Origin: Candidatus Iainarchaeum sp.
GTDB taxonomy: Archaea; Iainarchaeota; Iainarchaeia; Iainarchaeales; DTGL01
Length of the DNA: 32,000 nucleotides
Direction of reading: 5' to 3'
Assembly: GCA_038736825.1 (NCBI GenBank)
Contig: JAVYME010000005.1
Coordinates: 1-32,000 of the forward strand
A model generated the notes under the pieces. That model had not been told where the DNA came from and did no database searches. It worked only from the letters and a program-made list of their open reading frames with translations. Within the stretch, counting starts at the first letter, position 1. The number at the start of each line of letters is the position of its first letter. Shown here piece after piece: positions 14,250 through 23,108 of the stretch. Made by a program: the position numbers and the translations under genes.

Positions 14250-16610
14250 ATGTCCAAAGAAAAAAAAGAGAAAACAACAGAAACAGTTAGCAGTGATTCA
14301 GGCAAAAAAGGCTTAGAATTGCCAAAAACAGATTTCTGGGCGTTGCTTTTAGCCTTGACAGTTGCATTATTTGCAATTTGCGGCTTTATTGTGGGCTGGA
14401 TGGGAATTCACTGGGCTATTGTTTTCCAGCCAATTCTTTTCGGTTTATTGTTTTTATTGGTTTTAAAAAAAGGCGGCCTTGGAAAAGAAGAGTTTGCTGT
14501 TCTTGCAATAGTCTTGCTTTTCGGTTATGCATTGAGAACGCAAAACTTTCAGCCAAGATTCCAGTATTTTTTTGGCTTTGACCCTTTTTTTGCTGCAAGA
14601 ATGCTAGAATTCTATTTGGTTGAAGGACAACCGCCAGAAATAGACCCAATCGCTTATTTTGAATTGCCAGACCAAGACAGAGTGATTCCAACAAACGAAG
14701 CGCTTTTTTATTACATTTCCGTGGTTTTTTTCAGGCTTTTCACTGCCTTTGGCCCTTATTCTCGCGAGCTTTTAATTGAAGCAGTAAAGGTTTTTCCAGC
14801 ATTCTATGGAGCAATTATTAGTGTTTTGTGCTATTTTGTTGGAAAAGAATTGTGGGGCAAAAAAGCAGGCTATGTGACTGCATTCCTTGCAGCAATAATG
14901 CCAGCATATGTTTACAGGACAACCCAGTTTGAAAGCGATTCAATGGGCTTTTTTTGGATGATTGCTGGCTTGCTGTTTTTAATTCGCGCTCTCAAAGAAC
15001 CAAAACTGGACAAAAGCCATATAGTCAATGCCTTGCTTGCAGGCATATTCTTTGCAGGAATGGCTGCAACCTGGGGTTTCTTTCTGATAATTCCAATACT
15101 GCTTATATTGTTTTTTCCTTTCGGTTTATTGCTTTTCCTTTCGCGTTCTATTAAAATTGAAGCATTTGGTTCCTTTGTGTTGCTTTACCTTCTCTCTTCA
15201 GTTGTGTTCTTTGTGCTAGTGGTTTTTTCTGATGGCTTTGGATGGATTAACACAATGTTTGATTATGCCGAGAAAGCCCTTCCTTTCTTGAATTTTAGCG
15301 GGGAAAACTTTACAAGCATTGCCATTGTAATTGTTTTCCTTGCCTTAATATTCGGCTTCTTTTTGTTCATTTTGTTTTTTGGCACCAAACGCGCTGAAAC
15401 ACGGGAATCTCTTTTAAGGGGGTTGGTTGTGGCATTGCTTTACGCTGTTGTCGTGTTTTTAATAATTGCATTAATTGATCCAAATGGGATGTTTTCTTCA
15501 AGAATAATGCCAAACGATGTTTTTATGACGACCGTTGGCGAAGAAAGCGCTGGCAACTCGCATTTCTCTTACAAGTATGGAATCCTAGTGCTTTTCGCTT
15601 ATGCTGCACTCGCATTAATGCCTTTATATGTTTGGTTTAACAAGCAAGACTATCTTTCCCCAATAATTTTTCTCTGGATTGCAGCATCTCTTTTAATGGC
15701 TTGGTATAAATTAAAGTTCACTTATGCTTTTGGCTTGCCAATGGCTTTTGGCGGTGGAGCGCTCGCAGGAATGCTGTTTTTTTATTTCAAGGACTTAAAG
15801 CACTTTAAGGCAGTTGAATCAAAAATAGCGCTTTTCGCGCTTGCCTTCATGCTTTTGGCTGGAATTGCAATGGGTGACTTTTTTGTTAGGCATCACGAGC
15901 CAAGCATTGAAACAGACATTGCTTGGAAGGAAACACTTCACTGGATGAAGGATAACACTCCAGCTAAAGCCAAATTCATGAATTGGTGGAGTTATGGGCA
16001 CTGGATTACTTTTGTTTCAGGCAAAAGCGTTTTTGCAGACAACCGAAATGTTAAGTGGAATATAAGCGATGGCGGTTATGGTAGATTCCTTATGGCGCAA
16101 GACTTGAATGAAAGCCTTGCACTTGTAAGGGAATGGAAGCCAGAATACATTCTTGTAGACAATGGCTTGTTCCAAGGGTTTGCCTCTATGGCAACTTATG
16201 CTTTCGAGACAAGGCCTGGGGATTTCAATGAGTCTGTCAAGCGGCTTTTAATGTTTGCAGACCCAAACCACAATTTTTATCTTCCCTGTTATCTGGAAAA
16301 GGATAAGAATGCATACAATTGTTCTGGCAATTTGATTCCTGCAACCGAAATGAGCTCGAGCTTGTGGGCTGACACTTGGACTAGGGTTCCTGCAACCACG
16401 CAAAGCGGCATATCTGTTTGGTTTTACAGGGAAAAGGACAATTCTGGAATTGCCAAAATGCTTTCCACTGTTAATAATTCCACTCTTGCAAGGCTTTGGT
16501 TCCATGACCCAGAGGCAATGAAATATTTTGAAGAAGTTTACCGTTATTCTGCAGGCAATCAAGCCATAAAGATTTTCAAGGTTAAAAAAGAGGCTTTTGG
16601 CTGGAGTTAA
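14250..16610 (+). CDS. aglB: Archaeal oligosaccharyltransferase AglB (STT3 family)
   Basis: 786 aa polytopic membrane protein. It has an EL1-type motif FGFDPFFAARM and a C-terminal soluble domain carrying NWWSYGHW, a variant of the WWDYG signature. GGGGG SD before the ATG. Confidence 0.85.
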   Translation: MSKEKKEKTTETVSSDSGKKGLELPKTDFWALLLALTVALFAICGFIVGWMGIHWAIVFQPILFGLLFLLVLKKGGLGKEEFAVLAIVLLFGYALRTQNFQPRFQYFFGFDPFFAARMLEFYLVEGQPPEIDPIAYFELPDQDRVIPTNEALFYYISVVFFRLFTAFGPYSRELLIEAVKVFPAFYGAIISVLCYFVGKELWGKKAGYVTAFLAAIMPAYVYRTTQFESDSMGFFWMIAGLLFLIRALKEPKLDKSHIVNALLAGIFFAGMAATWGFFLIIPILLILFFPFGLLLFLSRSIKIEAFGSFVLLYLLSSVVFFVLVVFSDGFGWINTMFDYAEKALPFLNFSGENFTSIAIVIVFLALIFGFFLFILFFGTKRAETRESLLRGLVVALLYAVVVFLIIALIDPNGMFSSRIMPNDVFMTTVGEESAGNSHFSYKYGILVLFAYAALALMPLYVWFNKQDYLSPIIFLWIAASLLMAWYKLKFTYAFGLPMAFGGGALAGMLFFYFKDLKHFKAVESKIALFALAFMLLAGIAMGDFFVRHHEPSIETDIAWKETLHWMKDNTPAKAKFMNWWSYGHWITFVSGKSVFADNRNVKWNISDGGYGRFLMAQDLNESLALVREWKPEYILVDNGLFQGFASMATYAFETRPGDFNESVKRLLMFADPNHNFYLPCYLEKDKNAYNCSGNLIPATEMSSSLWADTWTRVPATTQSGISVWFYREKDNSGIAKMLSTVNNSTLARLWFHDPEAMKYFEEVYRYSAGNQAIKIFKVKKEAFGWS

Positions 16611-16627
16611 AGCAAAACCAGGAGGCT

Positions 16628-17632
16628 TTGTTTTTGCTTTCTTTTTTGCTTTTGTTCGCTTGCTCTTTTCTTGTTTGCTTTTTGACAGTGCCGTTTCTTG
16701 CAGAGAAAATGAGGGCTCGCGGGCTTGTAGGCAAGGACATGAACAAGCTTTCAAAACCGGAAATACCTGAAATGGGCGGCATTGCAGTATGGTTTGGCTT
16801 TTCTTCAGCAATAATGCTTTCCATTTTTTTTTATTCTTATCTTGGCAGTTTTTTTGAAATTGAATTGGATTTGACAAAATTGCTTGCTGGTTTTGCCACG
16901 GTTTCCATGGTGGGCTTTTTGGGCTTGGTTGACGATTTGATTGGCTGGAAGAATGGCTTAAAGCAATGGCAGCATGCCTTAATTCCAATGTTTGCAGCTC
17001 TGCCACTAATGGCAATAAACATAAACAATCCACCTTTTTTCATTCCTTTTATTGGCTTGGTGGGCTTTGGAGTTTATTATTCGCTTTTGCTTGTTCCAAT
17101 AGGCATAACTGGTGCAAGCAATGCCACAAACATGCTTGCCGGTTTTAACGGGCTTGAAGCAGGGCTTGGCATTCTCATAATTGGCACTCTTGCTGCACTT
17201 TTGTCCTATTCTGGTGGAATTGAAGCACTCATAATTGCAATTTCGCTTTTGGGTGCACTTACAGCGTTCCTTTACTTTAACTGGTTTCCTGCAAAAATTT
17301 TTGGCGGGGACTCATTGACTCTCATGGCTGGAGCAGGCATTGCTACAATTGCAATTCTCGGCGACTTGGAAAAAATTGCAGTCCTGTTAATGTTTCTTTT
17401 TTTTGTTGAGCTTCTTTTCAAGGCAAAACACAAATTCAAGAGCGAGTGCTTTGGCATTCCCCAAAAAGATGGCACGCTTAAGGCTGACCCCAAAGGTGGT
17501 TCGCTCACTCACTGGGTTATGCGGCGTGGAAGGTTCACAGAACCAATGGTTGTACTAATAATTTTGGGAATGCAAGCCATAATTTGTTTAATTGTATTCT
17601 TGCTTTCTTATTTCCAGAAAATATACATTTAA
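16628..17632 (+). CDS. aglH: UDP-GlcNAc:dolichyl-phosphate GlcNAc-1-phosphate transferase-like (GT4 MraY/WecA/Alg7 family; AglH-like)
   Basis: GKDMNK...IPEMGGIAV, LGLVDDLIGW and NATNMLAGFNGLEAG motifs of polyprenyl-phosphate HexNAc-1-P transferases. The start is TTG 16628 or, better spaced from the GGAGG at 16621-16625, TTG 16634. Confidence 0.85.
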   Translation: MFLLSFLLLFACSFLVCFLTVPFLAEKMRARGLVGKDMNKLSKPEIPEMGGIAVWFGFSSAIMLSIFFYSYLGSFFEIELDLTKLLAGFATVSMVGFLGLVDDLIGWKNGLKQWQHALIPMFAALPLMAININNPPFFIPFIGLVGFGVYYSLLLVPIGITGASNATNMLAGFNGLEAGLGILIIGTLAALLSYSGGIEALIIAISLLGALTAFLYFNWFPAKIFGGDSLTLMAGAGIATIAILGDLEKIAVLLMFLFFVELLFKAKHKFKSECFGIPQKDGTLKADPKGGSLTHWVMRRGRFTEPMVVLIILGMQAIICLIVFLLSYFQKIYI

Positions 17633-17644
17633 ACAGGGAAAAAA

Positions 17645-18091
17645 ATGAAAATTTGCCTTGCTGCTTCAGCCGGCGGCCATTTGACTGAATTGCTTCAACT
17701 CAAGAGTGCTTGGAGGGGAAAAGAGCACTTTTATTTGACAGACAAAAGAGCCAATGGCTTGGCTTTGGCGAAAATGGAAAGGGTTTATTTTGTGGAATGC
17801 CCTAGGAGAAACCCTTTCAGGCTTCTCATCAACATATTGCAGTCATTGCTGGTTTTCATTAAGGAGAAACCGGATTTTGTGATTAGCACTGGAGCTGACA
17901 CTGCAGTTCCATTTTGCTTGATTGTAAGATTGTTTGGGAAAAAAGTCGCTTTTATTGAATCCTTTTGCAGGATAAAAGAGCCAAGCCTTAGTGGCAGAAT
18001 AATGTATCGCTTTGCCAGTCTTTTCTTGGTTCAATGGAAGGAAAACCTTGAATTCTTTCCAAAAGCAGAGTTTTGTGGGAGCGTGTTCTAA
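17645..18091 (+). CDS. Alg14-like (PssD/Cps14G-like) membrane-anchor subunit of a split GT28-type glycosyltransferase
   Basis: MKICLAASAGGHLTELLQL...FVISTGADTAVPFCL...FIESFCRI matches the Alg14/PssD pattern. Its stop overlaps the next ATG (TAATG). Confidence 0.8.
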   Translation: MKICLAASAGGHLTELLQLKSAWRGKEHFYLTDKRANGLALAKMERVYFVECPRRNPFRLLINILQSLLVFIKEKPDFVISTGADTAVPFCLIVRLFGKKVAFIESFCRIKEPSLSGRIMYRFASLFLVQWKENLEFFPKAEFCGSVF

Positions 18092-18573
18092 TGAGAGTTT
18101 TTGTTACTTTAGGCACTCACCCGCAACAGTTCAACAGGTTGCTGGAAAAAATAGATTTCTTGATTGAAGGAAAGAAATTGATTGCTGAGGTTTTTGCGCA
18201 AACCGGGAATTCAACCTATGTTCCAAAAAATTTTGGTTTCAGGCAATTTCTTTCCCCTGAAGATTTCTCCTTGGAATTCAAAAAAGCGGACATAATAATT
18301 TCGCATGGAGGGGCTGGAGCAATCCTCAACGCGCTTGAACACAAAAAACCGCTCATAATAGTGCCACGCTTAAAGGAATTCTCCGAGCACACTGATGACC
18401 ACCAAATAGACCTTGCAAGAGCCTTGCATGAAAGGAAAAAGGCAATTGCTGTTTTTGACTTGGACGAGCTTCCGAGAGCAATTGAGAAAGCGAAAAGGTT
18501 TAAGGCTGAAAAGGAAAGCGAAAAAAAACTTCTAGTGAAAAGAATTGAACGCTTTATTGCGGGTGGAAAATAA
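18091..18573 (+). CDS. Alg13-like (PssE/Cps14F-like, Glyco_tran_28_C) catalytic subunit
   Basis: MRVFVTLGTHPQQFNRLL...IISHGGAGAILNALEHKKPLIIVPR...HTDDHQIDLARAL. ATG at 18091 within a TAATG overlap. The stop again overlaps the next ATG (18573). Confidence 0.8.
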   Translation: MRVFVTLGTHPQQFNRLLEKIDFLIEGKKLIAEVFAQTGNSTYVPKNFGFRQFLSPEDFSLEFKKADIIISHGGAGAILNALEHKKPLIIVPRLKEFSEHTDDHQIDLARALHERKKAIAVFDLDELPRAIEKAKRFKAEKESEKKLLVKRIERFIAGGK

Positions 18574-19457
18574 TGGTGTTTCCAAGTGTTTCCATAATTG
18601 TTGCCACAAGGAACAGGGCAAATGCTGTTGTAAAAACAGTAAAAGGCATTCTTGCAGTCAGTTATCCCTCAAAATTTGAAGTGATTGTAATAAATGATGG
18701 GAGCACTGATAACACAAGGGAAGTGCTTGAAAAAGAGTTTGGAAAAAACAAAAAGGTTTTTTTAATCCATTTTGACAAGAATTTCGGGGTTTGCAGGGCG
18801 CGAAATGCTGGCATCAAAAAAGCACGCTATCCAATAATAGTCAACATGGACCATGACTGCATTCCGGAAAAAGACTGGCTGAAAAAACTGGTTGAGCCTT
18901 TTTCAAATCCAAAAATCGGCATTGTTTCCAGTTATGGCGGTTATGGTGGCACTTCAACTGCTTTCAGGAAAGAGGTGGCTGAAAGAGTCGGAGGCTATGA
19001 CGAAGAATACTTTTATTATCGAGAGGACACTGATTTTGCTTTCAAAATAATAGAGGCTGGCTATGAGTTTAAGGCTGTAAAGGCTGGCTATTTTCATGAT
19101 CACGAGGAAACAAAACCGAAAGATTTTTTTGCACTTTTAGGCTATGCCTTGCAGCGATTGAAATACCACCAGAACGATGTTCTCTTGTATAAAAAGCATC
19201 CAAACGAGTTAACGCGCAATTTTTTGAACATAAAATTTGGTTTTTTGGTCAGCCCTGCAGCTGATTTTGGTCTTGCCACCGGGCGGTGGAAGGGCAAGGG
19301 TGGCTTTGAGTTGAGCTCTCCGCGGGGAATAAAATTCATTGAAAACAAGTCGCCAGTGCATTTTATTGCAATTGTTTTACTGGGTTTTTTTTACATGCTT
19401 GCACTCAAAGCAACAAGGCTTTATGCTAGTGCAAGGTTTGGAAAACTGCTTTTGTGA
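18573..19457 (+). CDS. Family 2 glycosyltransferase with a C-terminal membrane segment
   Basis: VSIIVATRNR...EVIVINDGSTDNT...NMDHDCIP (DxD-type) and a C-terminal hydrophobic helix (HFIAIVLLGFFYMLAL). Confidence 0.85.
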   Translation: MVFPSVSIIVATRNRANAVVKTVKGILAVSYPSKFEVIVINDGSTDNTREVLEKEFGKNKKVFLIHFDKNFGVCRARNAGIKKARYPIIVNMDHDCIPEKDWLKKLVEPFSNPKIGIVSSYGGYGGTSTAFRKEVAERVGGYDEEYFYYREDTDFAFKIIEAGYEFKAVKAGYFHDHEETKPKDFFALLGYALQRLKYHQNDVLLYKKHPNELTRNFLNIKFGFLVSPAADFGLATGRWKGKGGFELSSPRGIKFIENKSPVHFIAIVLLGFFYMLALKATRLYASARFGKLLL

Positions 19458-19509
19458 GTGCAAAACAAATAAAAACATTCATTATTCACATATTTGGGGG
19501 GGTGTTATA

Positions 19510-19734
19510 ATGAAATCAGAGGTAATAGAAAAGATTGCTGCCTTAATGACTGCTGCATTTGGTTTGATTGCAGCCCTTGCATGGAATGATGCAATAAAAA
19601 GCCTTTTCGCTGAAGGCGGAGCATTGCATTTCCTTGCAGATTTTGGAATTTGGGCTTATGCTGTCTTTGTAACCATAATAGCAGTTCTGGCAACAATTTG
19701 GATTGGCAGATTGGCTGAAAAAGCAAAAAAATGA
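19510..19734 (+). CDS. Small two-helix membrane protein (DUF5654-like)
   Basis: The ATG at 19510 is preceded by GGGGGGGTG. The 74-aa product is MKSEVIEKIAALMTAAFGLIAALAWNDAIKSLF...IIAVLATIWIGRL. The upstream part of the track ORF (19339-19509) overlaps the GT2 gene and has no support. Confidence 0.6.
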   Translation: MKSEVIEKIAALMTAAFGLIAALAWNDAIKSLFAEGGALHFLADFGIWAYAVFVTIIAVLATIWIGRLAEKAKK

Positions 19735-19747
19735 ATTTTTTTTTATG

Positions 19748-19781
19748 GCGGGCTTTTTTTTGCCCGCATTGCTTTTTTTTT
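19748..19781 (+). terminator. Hairpin plus T-run terminator
   Basis: GCGGGC (19748-19753), T8 loop, GCCCGC (19762-19767), followed by ATTGC and T9. Confidence 0.5.
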
Positions 19782-19837
19782 AGGATTCCAATATTAATTT
19801 TTCCATTGTATTTTTTATTGTTTTCAGGGGATGCTGT

Positions 19838-20905
19838 TTGGTTGAAGCCTTTTTTGAATGGTTTTTTACTGAATACCTTCAATTCGTGCTTGTATTGATA
19901 GCCATTGGTGTTTTTGCTGTTTTTTTCAGGGTTTTGTTCAAAAAATTTGCTCACCGGCTTTTGCTTGGTTTTGGAGTGGACATTCCATACCCTGTTTTGA
20001 AGCGAATTGCTAAACCGCTTTACTTCATAATAATCACGGTTGGCTTTTATTTTGCAGTTCATGTTTTGTCGCTTTCAGAGCAACAATCACAATGGGCTGG
20101 AGCTGTTGCCTTTGTTGCCTGCACTATTCTTTTTGCAGTGTTTTTTTCAAGGTTTTCAACTCTTTTGATAGAGTACTGGCTTAAAGCCTCTAAAGGGCTT
20201 TCTAGAACGCCCAAGCTTCTTGAAAAAGTTGTATCACTAATAGTTTATTTGCTCGCTCTTTCAGCAATATTCATTTATTTCAAGATTGAAACCACGCCGG
20301 TTATTGCTGCTTTGGGCTTGAGCGGTTTGGCAGTCGGTCTTGCCCTGCAAAGCACTCTTTCAAACCTTTTTGCAGGCATAAACATTGTTTCTGACAGGCC
20401 AATAAATGTTGGCGACTTCATAGAATTGGAAGGACAGGATATTGCGGGCTATGTTGAGGACATTGGCTGGCGTTCCACTCGCCTGAGAACCTTTAACAAT
20501 GACTTTATAGTTGTGCCTAATTCAAAGCTTGCGGATTCAATAATAAAAAACCATACTGCGCCTGGCCAGTCTTTGTCGCTTTATTTCAGGTTTTCTGTTC
20601 CATTGGATTCTGATCTTGAAAAAGTGGAGAGAGTGACAACCGATGTTGCAAGGCACATTCAGAGAACCATTCCCGGTGCAGTCAAAACATTTGAGCCATT
20701 TATTAGGTTCAAGCAATTCAATGAATATGGCGTGCCAGTATTGGTTGTAATGAAAATGGAAACATATGTGGACCAGTATCCTTTAACGCATGAATTCATA
20801 AAAGAGCTCAAGAAAAGATTCAAAAAGGAAAAACTGGAGTTGTCGCTGCCTTCAATGAGGCTTTATTCTGTGGGCAAAAACCGGGCGCCAAAAAGCAGGA
20901 AATAG
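19838..20905 (+). CDS. Mechanosensitive ion channel, MscS family
   Basis: LGLSGLAVGLALQSTLSNLFAGINIVSDRPINVGDFIELEGQ...GYVEDIGWRSTRLRTFNNDFIVVPNSKL is the MscS TM3/beta-domain signature. TTG start 9 nt after an AGGGG box. Confidence 0.9.
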   Translation: MVEAFFEWFFTEYLQFVLVLIAIGVFAVFFRVLFKKFAHRLLLGFGVDIPYPVLKRIAKPLYFIIITVGFYFAVHVLSLSEQQSQWAGAVAFVACTILFAVFFSRFSTLLIEYWLKASKGLSRTPKLLEKVVSLIVYLLALSAIFIYFKIETTPVIAALGLSGLAVGLALQSTLSNLFAGINIVSDRPINVGDFIELEGQDIAGYVEDIGWRSTRLRTFNNDFIVVPNSKLADSIIKNHTAPGQSLSLYFRFSVPLDSDLEKVERVTTDVARHIQRTIPGAVKTFEPFIRFKQFNEYGVPVLVVMKMETYVDQYPLTHEFIKELKKRFKKEKLELSLPSMRLYSVGKNRAPKSRK

Positions 20906-20971
20906 GCTGGCTAATTAACTTTGCCATTTGCCTTTAAAAAAATATTCAAAAGGTTTTTTGCTTTAAATGGG

Positions 20972-21007
20972 TTTTTTTTGCAATAAGCAAAAAATTGCTT
21001 ATTTTTC
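20972..21007. terminator. Bidirectional hairpin terminator between convergent genes
   Basis: A T8 run, then a perfect 9-bp stem AATAAGCAA (20982-20990) / TTGCTTATT (20995-21003) with an AAAA loop, then T-rich sequence. It overlaps the stop codon of the rhodanese gene. Confidence 0.4.
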
Positions 21008-21328
21008 CAAGGGCAAGCCTGCGTTTTCCCATCCTTTCTTGCCTGCCTTGAAATCCAAAACCTTTTCATATCCAAGCTCTAAGAGAATTTTTGCAGCTTC
21101 AGTGCTGGCATTGCAAGCATAACTGGCGCAATAAACTGCAATTGTTTCGTCTTTTTTAAGGTATTCTGTGGCAATTGTCTTGATTTTTCCAAGAGGCAGG
21201 TTTATTGCTTCTGGAAGGTGTCCTGCTGCAAAGTTTTCCTCGGAAAGGACTTCCACGAGCTTGAATTTTTTCCCGTTTGCCTTCATTTCAAGCAGTTCTT
21301 CAATTGTAATGAACTTCACATCAGCCAA
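20999..21328 (-). CDS. Single-domain rhodanese-like sulfurtransferase
   Basis: LVEVLSEENFAAGHLPEAINLPL...IAVYCASYACNAST...AGKKGWENAGLP is a rhodanese fold with an active-site cysteine loop. Confidence 0.85.
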   Translation of the reverse strand: MADVKFITIEELLEMKANGKKFKLVEVLSEENFAAGHLPEAINLPLGKIKTIATEYLKKDETIAVYCASYACNASTEAAKILLELGYEKVLDFKAGKKGWENAGLPLEK

Positions 21329-21370
21329 AAAAACACCCTTTTATTTAACCAATATTAAAATGCTCATTAT

Positions 21371-22279
21371 TTAAATTTTACTTGCGGCTTTTTTTTGGTT
21401 TTTCCCAAAAACCACGAGATAAATTCCCGCTGCAACCAGTATTGTGCCGCCAATCAGGGTTTCAACTGCAATTGCTTCAGAAAGCACAATGAAAGCAAGA
21501 ATTATTGAAAAAACCGGGTTTATGATTGTCATTATTATGGATGCTTCCTCTGCCTCTATCCTTTGAAGGCCAAAATTGTAGAAAAGATAGGCTGCACCTG
21601 TAGAAACAAAACCTATTGCGAGCAGGAAAGGCCAAACCTGAACCCAGTTCCCGAAACCGAAAGCGAAAGGCACAGGCAATAATGCCAGTGAGGCGAAAAA
21701 GAACTGCCACATTACATTGCCTATGTTGTGCCCCTTGTTTTCTTTCCTCATTTCCACTACCACTAGCGCCCAAAGGACTGCGCTTATCAATGCCATGCTG
21801 TTGCCAAAAGTGTGAGCGCTTGGCTGGAAAGGGTTAAGAACAGCAATGCCGGCAATTGCCATGCTTGCAGCAATGACTTTTTGCCTGTTCAAGTGTTCGC
21901 CAAGCAATGGTCCTGCAAGAATAAAAACAAAAAAAGGGTAAACGGAGTGCAATAAAACCACATTTTGAACTGGAGCGAACTGGAAAGCCCAAACATAAGT
22001 TATTGCACCCAATGTCCAAAGCACTCCTGCAAAAAAATAATCCCTCACATCCTTTCTGGTGAGCCTGAATGCTTTTTTGTCAATGAATGGCACTGTAAGG
22101 AAAAGAAAAATTGCTCCAAAGAAAACCCTGCAAAACATTATAGTCATGAAATGCGCATTGCTTCCAATCAGCTTGACAAGAATTCCCACGGTGGCTATGA
22201 GCATTGACCCTAGGCCAAGCGCGAGATGGCTGCGCATGGAATAAAGCTGCTTTGAAGTGGCAGAAAAAAGCCAATGCAT
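21371..22279 (-). CDS. EamA/DMT-superfamily transporter
   Basis: About 10 predicted TM helices in two EamA-like halves. The start is uncertain (22279 or 22237). Confidence 0.8.
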   Translation of the reverse strand: MHWLFSATSKQLYSMRSHLALGLGSMLIATVGILVKLIGSNAHFMTIMFCRVFFGAIFLFLTVPFIDKKAFRLTRKDVRDYFFAGVLWTLGAITYVWAFQFAPVQNVVLLHSVYPFFVFILAGPLLGEHLNRQKVIAASMAIAGIAVLNPFQPSAHTFGNSMALISAVLWALVVVEMRKENKGHNIGNVMWQFFFASLALLPVPFAFGFGNWVQVWPFLLAIGFVSTGAAYLFYNFGLQRIEAEEASIIMTIINPVFSIILAFIVLSEAIAVETLIGGTILVAAGIYLVVFGKNQKKAASKI

Positions 22280-22331
22280 AACCTGAAAATAAAGCGTTGC
22301 CCTTTAAATGCTTGCGGCGTTTTTGGAATAA

Positions 22332-23069
22332 GTGAATCACGTGAAAGAGGAAAGGCATTCAATTTTTCTTTCAGGCAAAGAAATAGTTTTTTCAGTTGTC
22401 TACAGCCGGAAAGCGCAAAGGCTGAGACTGCAAGTGAGCCTTGAAGACGGCTTGCAGGTTGTTTTGCCTGCAAGGGCAAAAGTGCCTTTTTCAGTGATTG
22501 AAAAATTTTTACTGGAAAAACAGGCATGGATTTTAAGGCACACTGAAAGACTGGAAAAAATTGCAAGAAAATCCGAGCAAAGCAGGAATTCCCTGCTTTT
22601 CTTGGGAAAAGAGGCTCCAATAGAAATAATGGAATGCACTCGAATTGGAGCAAAGGCTTTCCCGAAAAAAGGCAGGTTGTTGGTTAAAGTGCCTTTTGGA
22701 AAAAAACACCTTGTTGGAAAAGCAATAGAGTCTTTTTATAAAAAGCAAGCGAAAAGAATAATTCAAAAAATCGTTTCAGAGCGCGCCAGCCAGATGGATT
22801 TGTCTTTCAAGCGCATTTCAGTGCGCGGGCAAAAAACCAGGTGGGGTTCTTGTTCTGGAAAAGGCACTCTTTCCTTTAACTGGCGGTTAATTGCAGCCCC
22901 GCGACCAGTAATAGAATACATTGCAGTGCACGAATTATGCCACTTGCGCCATCGCAATCACTCAAAGGCTTTTTGGGCTGAAGTTGCAAGACACATGCCT
23001 GAATACAAGGAACAGGAACGCTGGCTGCGAAAAAACAAGCATTTTTTGCGGGCAAGAACCTCTTTTTAG
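22332..23069 (+). CDS. DUF45 / YgjP-like (M48/WLM-type) zinc metallopeptidase
   Basis: RWGSCS...LSFNWRL...VIEYIAVHELCHLRHRNHSKAFWAEV is the DUF45 HExxH block. GTG start. Confidence 0.85.
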   Translation: MNHVKEERHSIFLSGKEIVFSVVYSRKAQRLRLQVSLEDGLQVVLPARAKVPFSVIEKFLLEKQAWILRHTERLEKIARKSEQSRNSLLFLGKEAPIEIMECTRIGAKAFPKKGRLLVKVPFGKKHLVGKAIESFYKKQAKRIIQKIVSERASQMDLSFKRISVRGQKTRWGSCSGKGTLSFNWRLIAAPRPVIEYIAVHELCHLRHRNHSKAFWAEVARHMPEYKEQERWLRKNKHFLRARTSF

Positions 23070-23108
23070 GGCAAAAACAATAAAAGCAATTAGCCTCTTT
23101 CTTGATTA

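Noticed and set aside
16248-17033. 261-aa minus-strand ORF spanning the aglB/aglH junction
   Set aside because: It crosses an intergenic spacer and two well-supported plus-strand genes. Its composition is Q/K/P/S-rich and non-globular. It is a shadow ORF.
19339-19509. Upstream part of the track ORF 19339-19734
   Set aside because: It overlaps the 3' end of the GT2 gene in another frame. A strong GGGGGGGTG SD precedes the internal ATG at 19510, which yields a coherent 74-aa two-helix protein.
19505-20062. 185-aa minus-strand ORF overlapping the DUF5654-like gene, its terminator and the mscS start
   Set aside because: It spans a hairpin/T-run terminator and promoter region, and its K/N/Q-rich sequence derives from A/T-runs. 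The plus-strand genes are better supported.
21120-21150. Rhodanese active-site loop CASYACNAS (no arginine) as an aberrant or inactive site
   Set aside because: I recall single-domain rhodanese-like proteins with a C-x4-C type loop being a recurrent subfamily. Without an alignment I cannot claim that it is unusual.
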